A stretch of 64,000 nucleotides of DNA from Myxococcota bacterium. Its GTDB lineage: Bacteria; Myxococcota_A; UBA9042; PHBI01; JAWLBL01. Location of the stretch: assembly GCA_041687695.1 (NCBI GenBank), contig JAWLBL010000036.1, forward strand, positions 1 through 64,000, written 5' to 3'. Position 1 is the first letter of the stretch, and each line of letters starts with the position of its first letter. The position numbers and the translations under genes were made by a program. Below are positions 46,601 to 56,349 of this stretch, one piece after another. The notes under the pieces were generated by a model that worked only from the letters and a program-made list of their open reading frames with translations, searched no databases and had not been told where the DNA came from.

Positions 46601-49600
46601 ATGTCGGACAGGAGCCCCCTCATCGGGCGGCAGGACGCCCTCGCCGCCCTCGCCACGTCGCTCGACGCCGCGCGCGAGGGGCGCGGGGCCATCTGGTTCG
46701 TCACCGGCGAGCCCGGCATGGGCAAGAGCTGCCTGGCGGACGCGCTCGCCGAGCAGGCGGCCGGCGACGGGTTCACCTGCCTGCGAGGCCACTGCTGGGA
46801 AGCCGGCGGCGCCCCCGCCTTCTGGCCCTGGGTCGAGGTCCTCCGGGACCTGCTGCGACACGACGCAGGCGCCCGCGCCCTGATCCGCCTGGAGGCTACC
46901 GCGCCGCACCATCTTGCGGCGCTCGGCCAGCTGCTGCCCGAGCTGCCGAACCACCCCGCGCGCGCCTCGCAGCAGGGCGCCGCCGACGTCCTCGACCCCG
47001 AGCAGGCGCGCTTCCGGCTGCTCGACGCCGCGCACACGCTCCTGCGCGAGGCCGCCCTCACCCAGCCGCTGCTGGTCACCCTCGAGGACCTCCACGCCGC
47101 GGACGCCTCGTCGGCCCTGCTGCTCGAGCTGGTCGCCCGCTCGGGCGCCCGCTGCCCGCTGGTCGTGGTGGCCACCTACCGCCCCAGCGACGCCCGGCTC
47201 TCCCCGGCCGGGGCCATCCTCGAGCGGACCACCCGCTTCGCCCGCGCCCTCGCCCTCGCGCCGCTCCCCCCCGAGGCCAGCCGCCGCCTGGCGGAGGCGA
47301 CGCTGGGCGAGGCATGCGCCCGCTCGCCCGACGCCCTCGAGGTCCTGCTCGAGCTGGCCGAGGGCCATCCGCTGTTCCTCACCGAGCTGGCGCGCCTGGT
47401 GGCCAGCGGCGTGCCCCCGGACGCGCTGCGACGCGGGCGCACCCTCCCCCTCCCCGAGCGCGTCCGCGCCGCCATCCGCGACCGGCTGGCGCTCCTCGCC
47501 CCCGCCACCCGCGAGCTGCTCGAGGCCGCCGCCGTCCTGGGCCAGGAGCTGCACATCGGCGAGCTGGCCCAGGCGCTCGGGCGCCCGATGACCGACCTCC
47601 TCGACGGCCTCGCCGAAGGGGTCGCCGCCCACGTCCTGCGCGAGCCGGCGCCCGGCCGCTACCGCTTCACCCACATCCTGCTGCGCGAGGCGCTGCACGC
47701 CGAGATCCCACCGAGCCGGCGCGCCAGGCTGCACCTCGAGGCCGCCCAGGCCATCGAGGCCGCCTACACCGACGCCGAGGGTCGGCCCTGGAGCGCCCTG
47801 GCTCACCACTACCTCGAGGCGGGCCCCCTCGCGCCGACGCGCGCCGTCACCTGCTGCCGGGAGGCCGGCGAGGCCGCGCTCGCCCAGCTGGCCTACGACG
47901 AGGCGACCTCCTGGTTCGACCGGGCCCTGCGCGCCGCGGCGGGCCACGCGGGCGACGACGGCGCGCGCGCGGCCCTCATGCTGCGCCTGGCGCGGGCCCG
48001 CATCCACTCCGGCGCGGTCGAGGCCGGGCGGGCGGCCTGCCTCGAGGCGGCCGCGCTGGCCCGGAACCTGGGGGACCCCGAGCTCCTCGCCCGGGCGGCG
48101 CTCGAGTACGGCGGCATCTTCATCTACGGCCGGGTCGATCCGGTGCTGGTCGCGCTGCTCGCCGAAGCGCTCGACCGGCTCGGACCGCAGCCCAGCCCCC
48201 TGCGCGTGCGGACGCTGGCCCGCTACGCGTCGGCCCTGCAGCCGGCGCCCGACGCCGCGGTGCCGATCGCGCTCGCCCGCGAGGCGGTCGCCATGGCGCG
48301 CGGGCTGGACGATCCCGAGACCCTCCTCGCGGCCATCCGGGGCGGCGTGTCGGCGATGATGGACTTCGCCGAGCCCGGCGAGCGGGCGGCCCTCAACCGC
48401 GAGCAGGTGGCGCTCGCCCAGGCGCTGCGGCAGCGCGCCGACGTCTTCCAGGGCAGCGCGCGGCTGCTGATGGACTGCTTGGAGATGGGCGACGCGGTCG
48501 AGGCCAGGCGGGCGCTGGAGACCTGCGCCGCCGTCGCGGACGCGGTGAAGGTCCCCCACTTCGCCTGGCGGGTGGCGGGCTACCGCGCCGCGCTGGCCGC
48601 CTTCGAGGGGCGCTTCGCCGAGGCCGACGCCCTGCGCGACCAAGCGCGGGGGCTGGCGGAGCGGGCCGGTGACCCCAACGCGGCTGGCGCGCTGGCCCTG
48701 CTGGCCGGCGCGACGGCCCGGGCGGCCGAGCGCCACGACGCGCTCCGGGCCTGCCACCCGGCGATGGACGCGGCGCTGCGGGTGATGCCGGGCGGCGAGG
48801 TCATCGGCCGGGTCATGGTCCTGGCCGATCGCGCGCGCATGGAGCGCGGCTCGGGCCCCCGCCCGGCGCCGACCGAGGCGGACGTGGCGGCGGCCATGAA
48901 CGGCGACAGCTCCTTCGCCGGCCTGCTGGCGGACGCGGTGGCCGAGGTCGAGGACACCGCAGTGGTCGAGCGGGTCTACGCCTTCGTGACGCCGCTGTCG
49001 GCGCGCTTCGCGAGCTGGGGGCTCTTCGGGCTGGGCAACGACGGCCCGCTCGCCCGCGTCCTCGGGGTGTTGGCCGCTCGGCTGGGGCGCGCCGACGAGG
49101 CCGCCCGCTGGTTCGCCGAGGCGCGCGAGCGGGCCACGCGGGCCGGCGCCCGCCCTGCCCTGGCCCGGGTGGTGGTCGACGAGGCCTGGGCGGCCCTGCG
49201 GCTGGGCACGCCCGAGCGGGCGCGAGCGCTGCTGGCCGAGGCCCGGGAGTCGGCGAGGACGCTGGACATGCCTGGCCTGGTCACCGTCGCCGAGCGGCTC
49301 GAGGCGGGCTTGGGGCCGGCCGCCTTGGCGGGCGACGAGGGGGCGCGGGGCGCGGTGGCGCTGGTCAAGCTGGGCGACGGCTGGGAGTGCCGCTGGCGTC
49401 AGCGGCGTGTGCTGTTGCCCGACACCAAGGGCACGCGCCTCATCGCCGCGCTGGCCGAGCGGCCGGGCCGCGAGGTGCACGTGCTCGAGCTCGAGGGAGG
49501 CGGCGCCGGCGGGGCGGTGGACGGCGGCGACGCGGGCGAGCTGCTGGACGAGGCGGCGCTGGCGACCTACCGCGCGCGGGTGACCGAGCTACGCGAGGCG

Positions 49601-49864
49601 CTGGAGGAGGCCGAGACCTGGCACGACGCGGGACGCGCCGAGCAGGCGCGCGACGAGCTCGAGGCGCTGCAGGACGAGCTGGCCCGCGCGGTGGGCCTCG
49701 GCGGGCGGGTGCGCCGGGCGGGCGGCGCCGCCGAGCGGGCGCGGGTCAACGTGCAGCGCCGCATCAAGGACGCCATCCGGCGGGCGACGCGCCTCGACCC
49801 GGAGCTGGGCCGGCACCTCGAGCGGTCCATCAAGACCGGCGCCTTCTGTCGTTACGAGCCCTGA
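46601..49864 (+). CDS. large AAA (AAA_16/STAND-like) ATPase with TPR-like region, putative regulator
   Basis: LIGRQDAL, GEPGMGKS Walker A, LEDLH Walker B, YRFTHILLRE, C-terminal AERARVNV...LGRHLERSIKTG. Confidence 0.85.
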   Translation: MSDRSPLIGRQDALAALATSLDAAREGRGAIWFVTGEPGMGKSCLADALAEQAAGDGFTCLRGHCWEAGGAPAFWPWVEVLRDLLRHDAGARALIRLEATAPHHLAALGQLLPELPNHPARASQQGAADVLDPEQARFRLLDAAHTLLREAALTQPLLVTLEDLHAADASSALLLELVARSGARCPLVVVATYRPSDARLSPAGAILERTTRFARALALAPLPPEASRRLAEATLGEACARSPDALEVLLELAEGHPLFLTELARLVASGVPPDALRRGRTLPLPERVRAAIRDRLALLAPATRELLEAAAVLGQELHIGELAQALGRPMTDLLDGLAEGVAAHVLREPAPGRYRFTHILLREALHAEIPPSRRARLHLEAAQAIEAAYTDAEGRPWSALAHHYLEAGPLAPTRAVTCCREAGEAALAQLAYDEATSWFDRALRAAAGHAGDDGARAALMLRLARARIHSGAVEAGRAACLEAAALARNLGDPELLARAALEYGGIFIYGRVDPVLVALLAEALDRLGPQPSPLRVRTLARYASALQPAPDAAVPIALAREAVAMARGLDDPETLLAAIRGGVSAMMDFAEPGERAALNREQVALAQALRQRADVFQGSARLLMDCLEMGDAVEARRALETCAAVADAVKVPHFAWRVAGYRAALAAFEGRFAEADALRDQARGLAERAGDPNAAGALALLAGATARAAERHDALRACHPAMDAALRVMPGGEVIGRVMVLADRARMERGSGPRPAPTEADVAAAMNGDSSFAGLLADAVAEVEDTAVVERVYAFVTPLSARFASWGLFGLGNDGPLARVLGVLAARLGRADEAARWFAEARERATRAGARPALARVVVDEAWAALRLGTPERARALLAEARESARTLDMPGLVTVAERLEAGLGPAALAGDEGARGAVALVKLGDGWECRWRQRRVLLPDTKGTRLIAALAERPGREVHVLELEGGGAGGAVDGGDAGELLDEAALATYRARVTELREALEEAETWHDAGRAEQARDELEALQDELARAVGLGGRVRRAGGAAERARVNVQRRIKDAIRRATRLDPELGRHLERSIKTGAFCRYEP

Positions 49865-49880
49865 GTCGCCGTTGGGGCGG

Positions 49881-50273
49881 GCGCGGGCCCGGACGACCTT
49901 GCAACGACACTCCGAAGGGTCCCGCGCGGGCCCGGACGACCTTGCTGCAACACTCGGAGTGTTCCGCGCGGTCCTCGATGACCTTGCAGTAACACCTCCG
50001 AGGGTCCCGCGCGGGCCCGGACGACCTTGCAGCGACTCTCCGACGGTTCTGCGCGGGCCCTGACGACCTTGCAGTAACACCTCCGAGGGTCCCGCGCGGG
50101 CCCGGACGACCTTGCTGCAACACTCGGAGTGTTCCGCGCGGTCCTCGATGACCTTGCAGAAACACCTCCGAGGGTCCCGCGCGGGCCCGGACGACCTTGC
50201 AGCGACTCTCCGACGGTTCTGCGCGGGCCCGGACGACCTTGCTACGACACTCCGAGGGGTCCAACGCGGGCCC
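49881..50273. repeat. 42/43-bp tandem repeat array, 9 units plus a partial, with ~170-bp higher-order period
   Basis: Core GCGCGGGCCCGGACGACCTTGC at 49881, 49924, 49966, 50009, 50051, 50094, 50136, 50179, 50221. Confidence 0.95.
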
Positions 50274-50487
50274 CTCTGCCCCAGCACCGCCGCGCCCCCT
50301 ACCCCCTCGGCGCCTCACCGTGCACCGCGATCCATAGCGCCGGCGTGGCCGGCGCGGTCCACAGCCGCCTGCGGCGGCGGAAGGCACGGCACCGACCGAG
50401 ATGAGGCCCCGGTGTGGGCGCTCGATGGGATTGCGCGCGGCTCGCCGGCCGCATAGAGTTCCCGCTTCGGCTACCCACGGAGGCCCA

Positions 50488-50934
50488 GTGCTCGAGCGCA
50501 TGATGACAATGACGACCCTCGGCGCGGCGGCGTTGGCGCTGCTGTGCGCCGGCTGCGACGACGAGCTCTCGACCTCGGCGCTGACCAACGAAGGCACCGC
50601 CTGTCTGGTCGCCCCCGCGGCCGACCCGCCGCCCAGCGAGGTCGCCGCCGACGAGATGGCCCACGTGCATGTCGTGATGGACGGCTGCGCCAGCGGCTGC
50701 ACCGTCGTCGATGAGACCTCGTGCACGGTCACCCTCGACGGCGCCGTCCTGCGCGTCGAGAGCCAGGCGCGTCTGCGTATTCGCCAAGGCGACCAGTGCT
50801 CGTTCGAGTGCGTCGTGGTAGAGGCCACCTGCCCCACCCCGCCCCTGCCCGCCGGGAGCTATACGGTCCAGCACGGCGACGCGACGCGCGCGGTCACGGT
50901 GCCAGGTGTCGACGCCTGCCCCGGGCCACGGTGA
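50488..50934 (+). CDS. small Cys-containing lipoprotein
   Basis: GGAGG RBS; lipobox CAGC; Ig-like tail TPPLPAGSYTVQHG. Confidence 0.7.
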   Translation: MLERMMTMTTLGAAALALLCAGCDDELSTSALTNEGTACLVAPAADPPPSEVAADEMAHVHVVMDGCASGCTVVDETSCTVTLDGAVLRVESQARLRIRQGDQCSFECVVVEATCPTPPLPAGSYTVQHGDATRAVTVPGVDACPGPR

Positions 50935-50995
50935 CGAGCCCGCCGAGAGCGCCCCTGTAGGTGTCCGCGGTCAAAGCGAACCCGAGTTTTGTAGC

Positions 50996-51553
50996 ATGCG
51001 CAAGCTTACCGAAATCACGACCTGGACGGACGAAGAACTCGATGATCTCGATGATCAATGGGAACAGGATCGACTGATACGTCGGCTCATCGGCGAGGGA
51101 GCATCTCCCATCGTCCTGGGCCGCTCGATCGTGGTCATCGAACAATGCGACGAAGGCGACGACTCGCCAACGGCCCCTGATGCCACGCCGCTCCGTGTCA
51201 CAATCCATCCAGATCCCGATGTAGCGGGCACCGGTGTCGGGATCAGTGAACTGTACATATCTGCCGGTCGGTATGGTCTGCGCGAAGTCGTGGAGCGTTT
51301 CGAGGTCCGAGGAGAAATCCGGGAACGCCGCTTGACGGATGCTCCAGGCTCGCCGGTGGCCCGAAGGCGGCCTGTCGATTTGGATGCCAAGGTTGCACGG
51401 GCCGCCGAGAGTGGCTTTGAAGACCTGCTGGGTCTCATCGCTTCACACCACGATGAACCGGAGCTGCGCCGCCTCGGGCGAGACGCGGCAGAGGCCTTTC
51501 GCATCTACTTCGAAGCAGTCAAGACCCGCAAGCCTGGGCGCTCTGGGCCTTGA
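50996..51553 (+). CDS. hypothetical protein (lower GC)
   Basis: 185-aa ORF with natural-looking composition and atypical codon usage. Confidence 0.55.
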   Translation: MRKLTEITTWTDEELDDLDDQWEQDRLIRRLIGEGASPIVLGRSIVVIEQCDEGDDSPTAPDATPLRVTIHPDPDVAGTGVGISELYISAGRYGLREVVERFEVRGEIRERRLTDAPGSPVARRRPVDLDAKVARAAESGFEDLLGLIASHHDEPELRRLGRDAAEAFRIYFEAVKTRKPGRSGP

Positions 51554-51771
51554 GCGGTTGGGAAGGTGGCCCAGGCATCAGGCCGGGTCAGGATTCGCCT
51601 TGGCAACTTTGGGCCAAGGTGTTGCTCGAAGGCAAACCGTCCATCTTCTCCGGCCTGAAGCGTGGGAGGTGGGACGCATGGCACATGGGCCATCGCACGC
51701 TCAGGGCGAGCCGAACGCCTCGGAGGGTGGTATGGCGTGGGGACATTCGGGTCCGCGGGCGAGCCGTCGGG

Positions 51772-52848
51772 TCAGTCGCGGACCCGCAGGTCGTCGTCGA
51801 GGTGGACCTGGGCGAAGCCGATGCCGCCGCTGGGTTGGTCGGGGTCGACGTAGCGGAGGTCGCGGAAGGTGACGCGCCACCCGTCGGGGAGGCGCTCGGT
51901 CTGCCAGTAGGGGTAGCGGGTCCAGTTGGCGAAACCTTTGATGGAGTCGGCGGACAGGGCGGCGCGGACGACGGCGTCGGGTTCGGTGCGGGGGACCTCG
52001 AAGGCGGGGCCGTGGGGTGGCAGGACGCGGTAACGGTCGCGGAAGACGACCACGACGCGGTGCTCGAAGGGGACGCCGGGGAGGGGGTTGGCCTGGACCT
52101 CGAGGGGGCGCTCGTCGGTGGCGGCGCGGGACTCGGCGAAGCGGGCGAGGCCGAAGGCGACGCTGACGTACAGGACCACGGAGGCGAAGCCGATGCGGGC
52201 GAGGCGGCGCTGGGTGGGAGGCGATGGACGGCGCAGGCGGAGGGCGACGAGGGCGGCGAGGCCGAGGAGCCAGCCGACCTTGACGCCGCCGGGGACGCGG
52301 GCGCTGCCGAGGATGACGGCGCTGGCGAGGAGGCCGAGGAGGAGCCAGCCGGCGATGGACCAGCGGCTGGAGGAGCGGGCGACGACGACGCCGGCCGCGG
52401 TCAGGAGCCAGAACCAGGGGTCGACGATGAAGAGCGTGTCGCCGTAGAACCAGCGGCCGTCAAAGGGCATCAGCAGGCGCACGCCGTAGGTGTTCATCCA
52501 GTCGAGCAGCGGGTGCGACCAGGTGGCGAGGCAGGCCAGGGCCAGGGTCCAGCCCATGTGGAAGGGAGGTGAGCCGTCGTCGGGGGTTGGCCGGGCGCGG
52601 GCGCGGAGGCGGTCCCAGCCCTGGATGGCCAGGGCGAGCAGGACCGGCAACAGCAGCATGGCCAGCACGCCGTGGGTCCAGCCCCGGCGGAGGTACAGGG
52701 CCGTGTCGTCGCCCAGGAACATGGCGACGGCGTCGACGTCGGGCAGGTTCGCGCCGATGAGCAGGGTCGGCGCGGCGTAGCGCGTCAGGCGCCGGAGGCC
52801 GGTCTCGGCCAGGGTCGCGCCGAAGAGGGTGTGGGCGACGGGGTCCAT
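51772..52848 (-). CDS. YdjM-like metal-dependent hydrolase, inner-membrane
   Basis: MDPVAHTLFG, ANLPDVD, RRGWTHG, SHPLLDWMNTYGVRLLMPF, FIVDP. Confidence 0.9.
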   Translation of the reverse strand: MDPVAHTLFGATLAETGLRRLTRYAAPTLLIGANLPDVDAVAMFLGDDTALYLRRGWTHGVLAMLLLPVLLALAIQGWDRLRARARPTPDDGSPPFHMGWTLALACLATWSHPLLDWMNTYGVRLLMPFDGRWFYGDTLFIVDPWFWLLTAAGVVVARSSSRWSIAGWLLLGLLASAVILGSARVPGGVKVGWLLGLAALVALRLRRPSPPTQRRLARIGFASVVLYVSVAFGLARFAESRAATDERPLEVQANPLPGVPFEHRVVVVFRDRYRVLPPHGPAFEVPRTEPDAVVRAALSADSIKGFANWTRYPYWQTERLPDGWRVTFRDLRYVDPDQPSGGIGFAQVHLDDDLRVRD

Positions 52849-53201
52849 GGGGCGCTCGGTCCGTGGGTCTGCGGCCCCGACGGGTGGGGGTCCTGCCGAG
52901 GGAGCTTACAGCGGGCGCGGGCCGCGCGGGGCAAGCTTCGCCCGCTGGGAGGCGGCGCCCGTGGAGGGTAGGGTCCTGCAGAGCGGGGCACCAACGGCTG
53001 GTGCGAACGTGGGGCCAGACGCCGAGACGGCACCGCCGGGGAACGGACGGTCTGGAGCGTGAACACCTCGACGCGCGCGAAGCGCTCGCGCCGCCGCCGA
53101 CGCCCAGCCCGACAGCGACTCCACCGAGCGCGCCTGAACCTTCGAGTCCTGGGCGGCCACAATGCGTCCGCGCCGACGGAGCGCGGAGTGGCGTCCGAGT
53201 C

Positions 53202-55028
53202 TCAGGGCAGGGTGAGGGTCGCCGTAGCCAGCGTCACTGGCGTCCGGTCGGCGGCCTCGAAGTAGGAGGCGAAGGCGCGGATCTCTGGAGCGTCCACCGC
53301 GAACAGCTCGGCCGCGAACCGCGCCCCCAGCGTCTGATAGAGCAGCGACACTTCGACCTGGAAGGGGCCGTCTGCCGCCGGGCGAGGCAGCGCGAACGCC
53401 ACCACGTCCGAGCCACCGGCGAAGTCGGCGTCGCCGGTCGGCCCGACCGGGCGGGTGTCGGGGGCGTCGGGGTGGTCGTCGCGCCAGCCGATCGGCAGCA
53501 GGCGCGTGTCCTTGGCGTAGCTGGCCGCGTGCATCAGACGCCCGGTCGGGGTCCCGTCCGCGTCGGCCATCACCGCCTCGTACAGCTGCACCTGGGTCGG
53601 CTGGGTGACCACGGCGTGGTGCGGCTCCATGGGGCCGCCGGCACGCTCGAAGGCGAGGGGCTGCCCGTCGGGGCCGACGATCCGCCCGGCGGCGTCGACC
53701 GCTCCGGAGGTGAAGACCGCCTGTCCGGCGGCGTCGCGGACGGTGACCCGGAGCCAGGCGCGCCGCGCTGGGAACCCGGTCGGCAGCTTGTGGCCGGCGC
53801 GGTTGTCGACCCGCACCGAGAAGCGCAGCGCCGCCTCGTCGGCCGGCTCCGGGAGCACCGTGACCGAGGCGGTCCGCTGCTCGAGCTGGGCGCGCGCCGC
53901 GGCGATGACCGCGTCGAAGGCCTCGGCGGGCGCCGGCGGGCGGAGCGTCGCGGCGTTGTCTCGCAGGATGGCGGGGATGAGGGTGTTGCCGCCGACGAAG
54001 ACGTGACGCCCGTAGGGGCTGCGGTCGCCGATGGGCGGGAAGTCGCTGCCGTCGGGGCGGCGGGCGATGGCGGTAGAGATGGGCGCCCCGTCCACGTCGC
54101 GGGTCGGCGTGTGGCAGCCCTGGCAGTCGGCCGCCAGGGGGCCGGGGTCGGCGCGCTCGGTGCTGAAGGCCGAGTTGCGCCATTCGAGGTAGGGGGTCTG
54201 CTCGGGAAGCCGCTGGCCCACCGGCGTCCCGTCGGGGCGGTGGGCGTCGGTGTAGAGCGTGTGGCAGGTGGCGCACAGGGCCGAGGACCGCATGTGATCG
54301 GCGGCGACCGGAACGAAGCCCGAGCGCATCTCCATCGGGCGCTCGAAGGGAGCGGCGTGCGGCCCGTAGATGAGCCGCTCGGAGCCGATGACGTACTTGC
54401 CGGAGAAGCGCTCGGGCTGGCCCAGCCCGTTCGGCTGGATCTGGTGACAGACGGTACACGAGACGCCGTCGAGCGCGAGCTGTCCCTCGGCGGTGTCGGA
54501 GTAGACGGTCGCGAGCGCGATCGCGCCGCCGGTGCTGTGGGCCTCCCAGGCGGCCATGGGCGAGTGGCAGGTCAGACACTTGTCCTCGATGGCGCCGGCG
54601 AGGCTGGGCGTCGCGACGCGCTCGGCGGCCAGGGCGGCGCGAAACAGCGGGTCACGCGCCGAGTTGGCCATCATGGTGGCCTGCCACAGATCGAAGGGCG
54701 CGATGGGACGACCGGCGGCGTCGCGCATCGCGTCCGAGCCGGCCGAGTTGCTGTGGCAGTCGGCGCAGGCCTGCGAGGTGGCGAAGTGCCCGTGATCGAC
54801 GGCCCGCGCGGCGGGGAGCGGCGCCAGGTCGCCCGGAGGCAGGGGGCCGGTCTCCGTCGCGCCCACGTCCGGCGTCCCGCCGCCGAGGCCGGCCGACACC
54901 GCGTCGTGACAGCCGGCGCTGCCCAGGGCGAATGTCGCAGCACAGGTCAACAACGTCGCGACAATCGGCGCGACCGGGGTGCATCGCCGCGCGCCCATTC
55001 CTAGCAAACAAGCCGTCCTGCTCGTCAC
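53202..55028 (-). CDS. pentaheme c-type cytochrome lipoprotein
   Basis: Five CxxCH (CADCH, CLTCH, CTVCH, CATCH, CQGCH); MMANSARDP, NRAGHKLPTGFP; lipobox SAGC; start uncertain. Confidence 0.88.
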   Translation of the reverse strand: MTSRTACLLGMGARRCTPVAPIVATLLTCAATFALGSAGCHDAVSAGLGGGTPDVGATETGPLPPGDLAPLPAARAVDHGHFATSQACADCHSNSAGSDAMRDAAGRPIAPFDLWQATMMANSARDPLFRAALAAERVATPSLAGAIEDKCLTCHSPMAAWEAHSTGGAIALATVYSDTAEGQLALDGVSCTVCHQIQPNGLGQPERFSGKYVIGSERLIYGPHAAPFERPMEMRSGFVPVAADHMRSSALCATCHTLYTDAHRPDGTPVGQRLPEQTPYLEWRNSAFSTERADPGPLAADCQGCHTPTRDVDGAPISTAIARRPDGSDFPPIGDRSPYGRHVFVGGNTLIPAILRDNAATLRPPAPAEAFDAVIAAARAQLEQRTASVTVLPEPADEAALRFSVRVDNRAGHKLPTGFPARRAWLRVTVRDAAGQAVFTSGAVDAAGRIVGPDGQPLAFERAGGPMEPHHAVVTQPTQVQLYEAVMADADGTPTGRLMHAASYAKDTRLLPIGWRDDHPDAPDTRPVGPTGDADFAGGSDVVAFALPRPAADGPFQVEVSLLYQTLGARFAAELFAVDAPEIRAFASYFEAADRTPVTLATATLTLP

Positions 55029-55096
55029 GGTCGACCTCCCGGGTCCGTCCGCGACCAGGCCCGTGCACTTCGCATGCCACCCGCGTGCCGCCCTAA

Positions 55097-55256
55097 AGGG
55101 GCGCGTTCAGAATAGGCTGTTCAGATCGCCAAGGAGGCGCCGTGCTGGGCGCGCCGGCCGAAGCGAAGGTGTATCTGGATACTCCGAGCTTTGGCCGGCG
55201 TGTCCAGTGCGGTGGATCCGCCGGCGAGGTGGGCAGGTTATTCTGATCGCTCCCCT
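55097..55256. mobile_element. MITE-like non-autonomous palindromic element (~160 bp)
   Basis: Terminal inverted repeats AGGGGCGCGTTCAGAATA / TATTCTGATCGCTCCCCT (16/18 match); internal 26-bp stem 55139-55164 / 55188-55213. Confidence 0.75.
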
Positions 55257-55288
55257 GATGTTCCCTCTTCGCCAACATCTGTGAACGG

Positions 55289-55765
55289 GTGGTGCGGCTG
55301 CGACAGCTCGACCCCAGCGACCGCGTCCAGCGGTTCACGGCCGACTTCCTGTCGCAGGACGAATGCATCCGCAGCACGCCGCGCGGCCCCGAGCGCACCG
55401 AGCTGGCCGCGCAGCGCGACCAGACGCTCAACCGCCTCCAGGTCCGCGGCGCCCAGGGCCTCGACCGCGCCACCCGGCCCCAGGCGCAGGCCATCGTCCA
55501 GGAGATCGTCCGCCTCAGGCGCGACGCTCGGCCCATCCAGCGGCAGCTGAGCCGCCACGAGGCCAGCCTCAACCAGACCCAGGGCGCGATGCCCTTCCAC
55601 GTCACCCACATCGGCCGGCTCGACAGCCAGGACGCGACCGCCCGCACCAGCGGCCGCCTCGCCGACATCAGCCCGGCTCCGCCCTGGCCCACCCTGCTGG
55701 GCGCGGCTCCCGAGCAACCCGCGCCGGGCCAGCAGCCCCGCCGAGGTCGCGGCCGCCGACGCTGA
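55289..55765 (+). CDS. hypothetical protein or 5'-truncated gene remnant
   Basis: 158-aa ORF with C/G-ending codons beginning just after the MITE; no clear RBS. Confidence 0.4.
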   Translation: MVRLRQLDPSDRVQRFTADFLSQDECIRSTPRGPERTELAAQRDQTLNRLQVRGAQGLDRATRPQAQAIVQEIVRLRRDARPIQRQLSRHEASLNQTQGAMPFHVTHIGRLDSQDATARTSGRLADISPAPPWPTLLGAAPEQPAPGQQPRRGRGRRR

Positions 55766-55815
55766 CAGGGCGCGGCGTCGCAGGTGGAGCGCCCGCGCTC
55801 GCTCTGTCAGCGCGG

Positions 55816-56349
55816 TCAGTTGGGCTCGATCATCAAGGTGATGACGCGCCCCTCCTGGGCCGGCCGAGAGGCTGGCTTGCCGACGTCACTCAGGCGCTGG
55901 AGCTGCTCGCGGAGCTTTTCGTACCAGCGGTCGGCGAGGTAGCGCTCGCGGCCGCGCAGGCGCATGACGAGGCGGACCTTGTCGCCCCGCTCGAGGAACT
56001 TGCTGGCCCGGTCGAGCTTGATGTCGAGGTTGTGGTCGTCGGTCTTGGGCCGCAGCTGGATGGTCTTCACCGTCACCGTGGACGCCGACGCGGCGGCGGC
56101 CTTCTTGGACTGCTGATACTTGAACTTGCCGTAGTCCATGATGCGACAGACCGGCGGCCGGGCGTTGGGGGCGACCTCGACGAGGTCGAGCCCGCGCTCG
56201 CTGGCCAGCTCGCGCGCCTGGTCGGGCGACATGACGCCGAGCTGCTCGCCGTCGGGGTCGACGACGCGGACCTCGGGGAAGCGGATGGCGCGGTTCACGC
56301 GGTGCTGGGCGGTGGGCATCTCGAGGCTACGGGTCGTGCGGCGGCGCAT
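55816..56349 (-). CDS. infC: translation initiation factor IF-3 (stand-alone paralogue)
   Basis: RVNRAIRFPEVRVVDPDGEQLGVM, GLDLVEVAPNARPPVCRIMDYGKFKY, VKTIQLRPKTDDHNL, FLERGDKVRLVMRLRGRE. Confidence 0.93.
   Translation of the reverse strand: MRRRTTRSLEMPTAQHRVNRAIRFPEVRVVDPDGEQLGVMSPDQARELASERGLDLVEVAPNARPPVCRIMDYGKFKYQQSKKAAAASASTVTVKTIQLRPKTDDHNLDIKLDRASKFLERGDKVRLVMRLRGRERYLADRWYEKLREQLQRLSDVGKPASRPAQEGRVITLMIEPN

Noticed and set aside
49881..50273. CRISPR array
   Set aside because: The putative spacers are only 20-21 nt, resemble each other and recur; there are no cas genes or AT-rich leader.
49589..50837. Repeat-encoded proteins across the tandem array
   Set aside because: Alternating 42/43-bp units shift frame, and the translations are low-complexity with no start signals.
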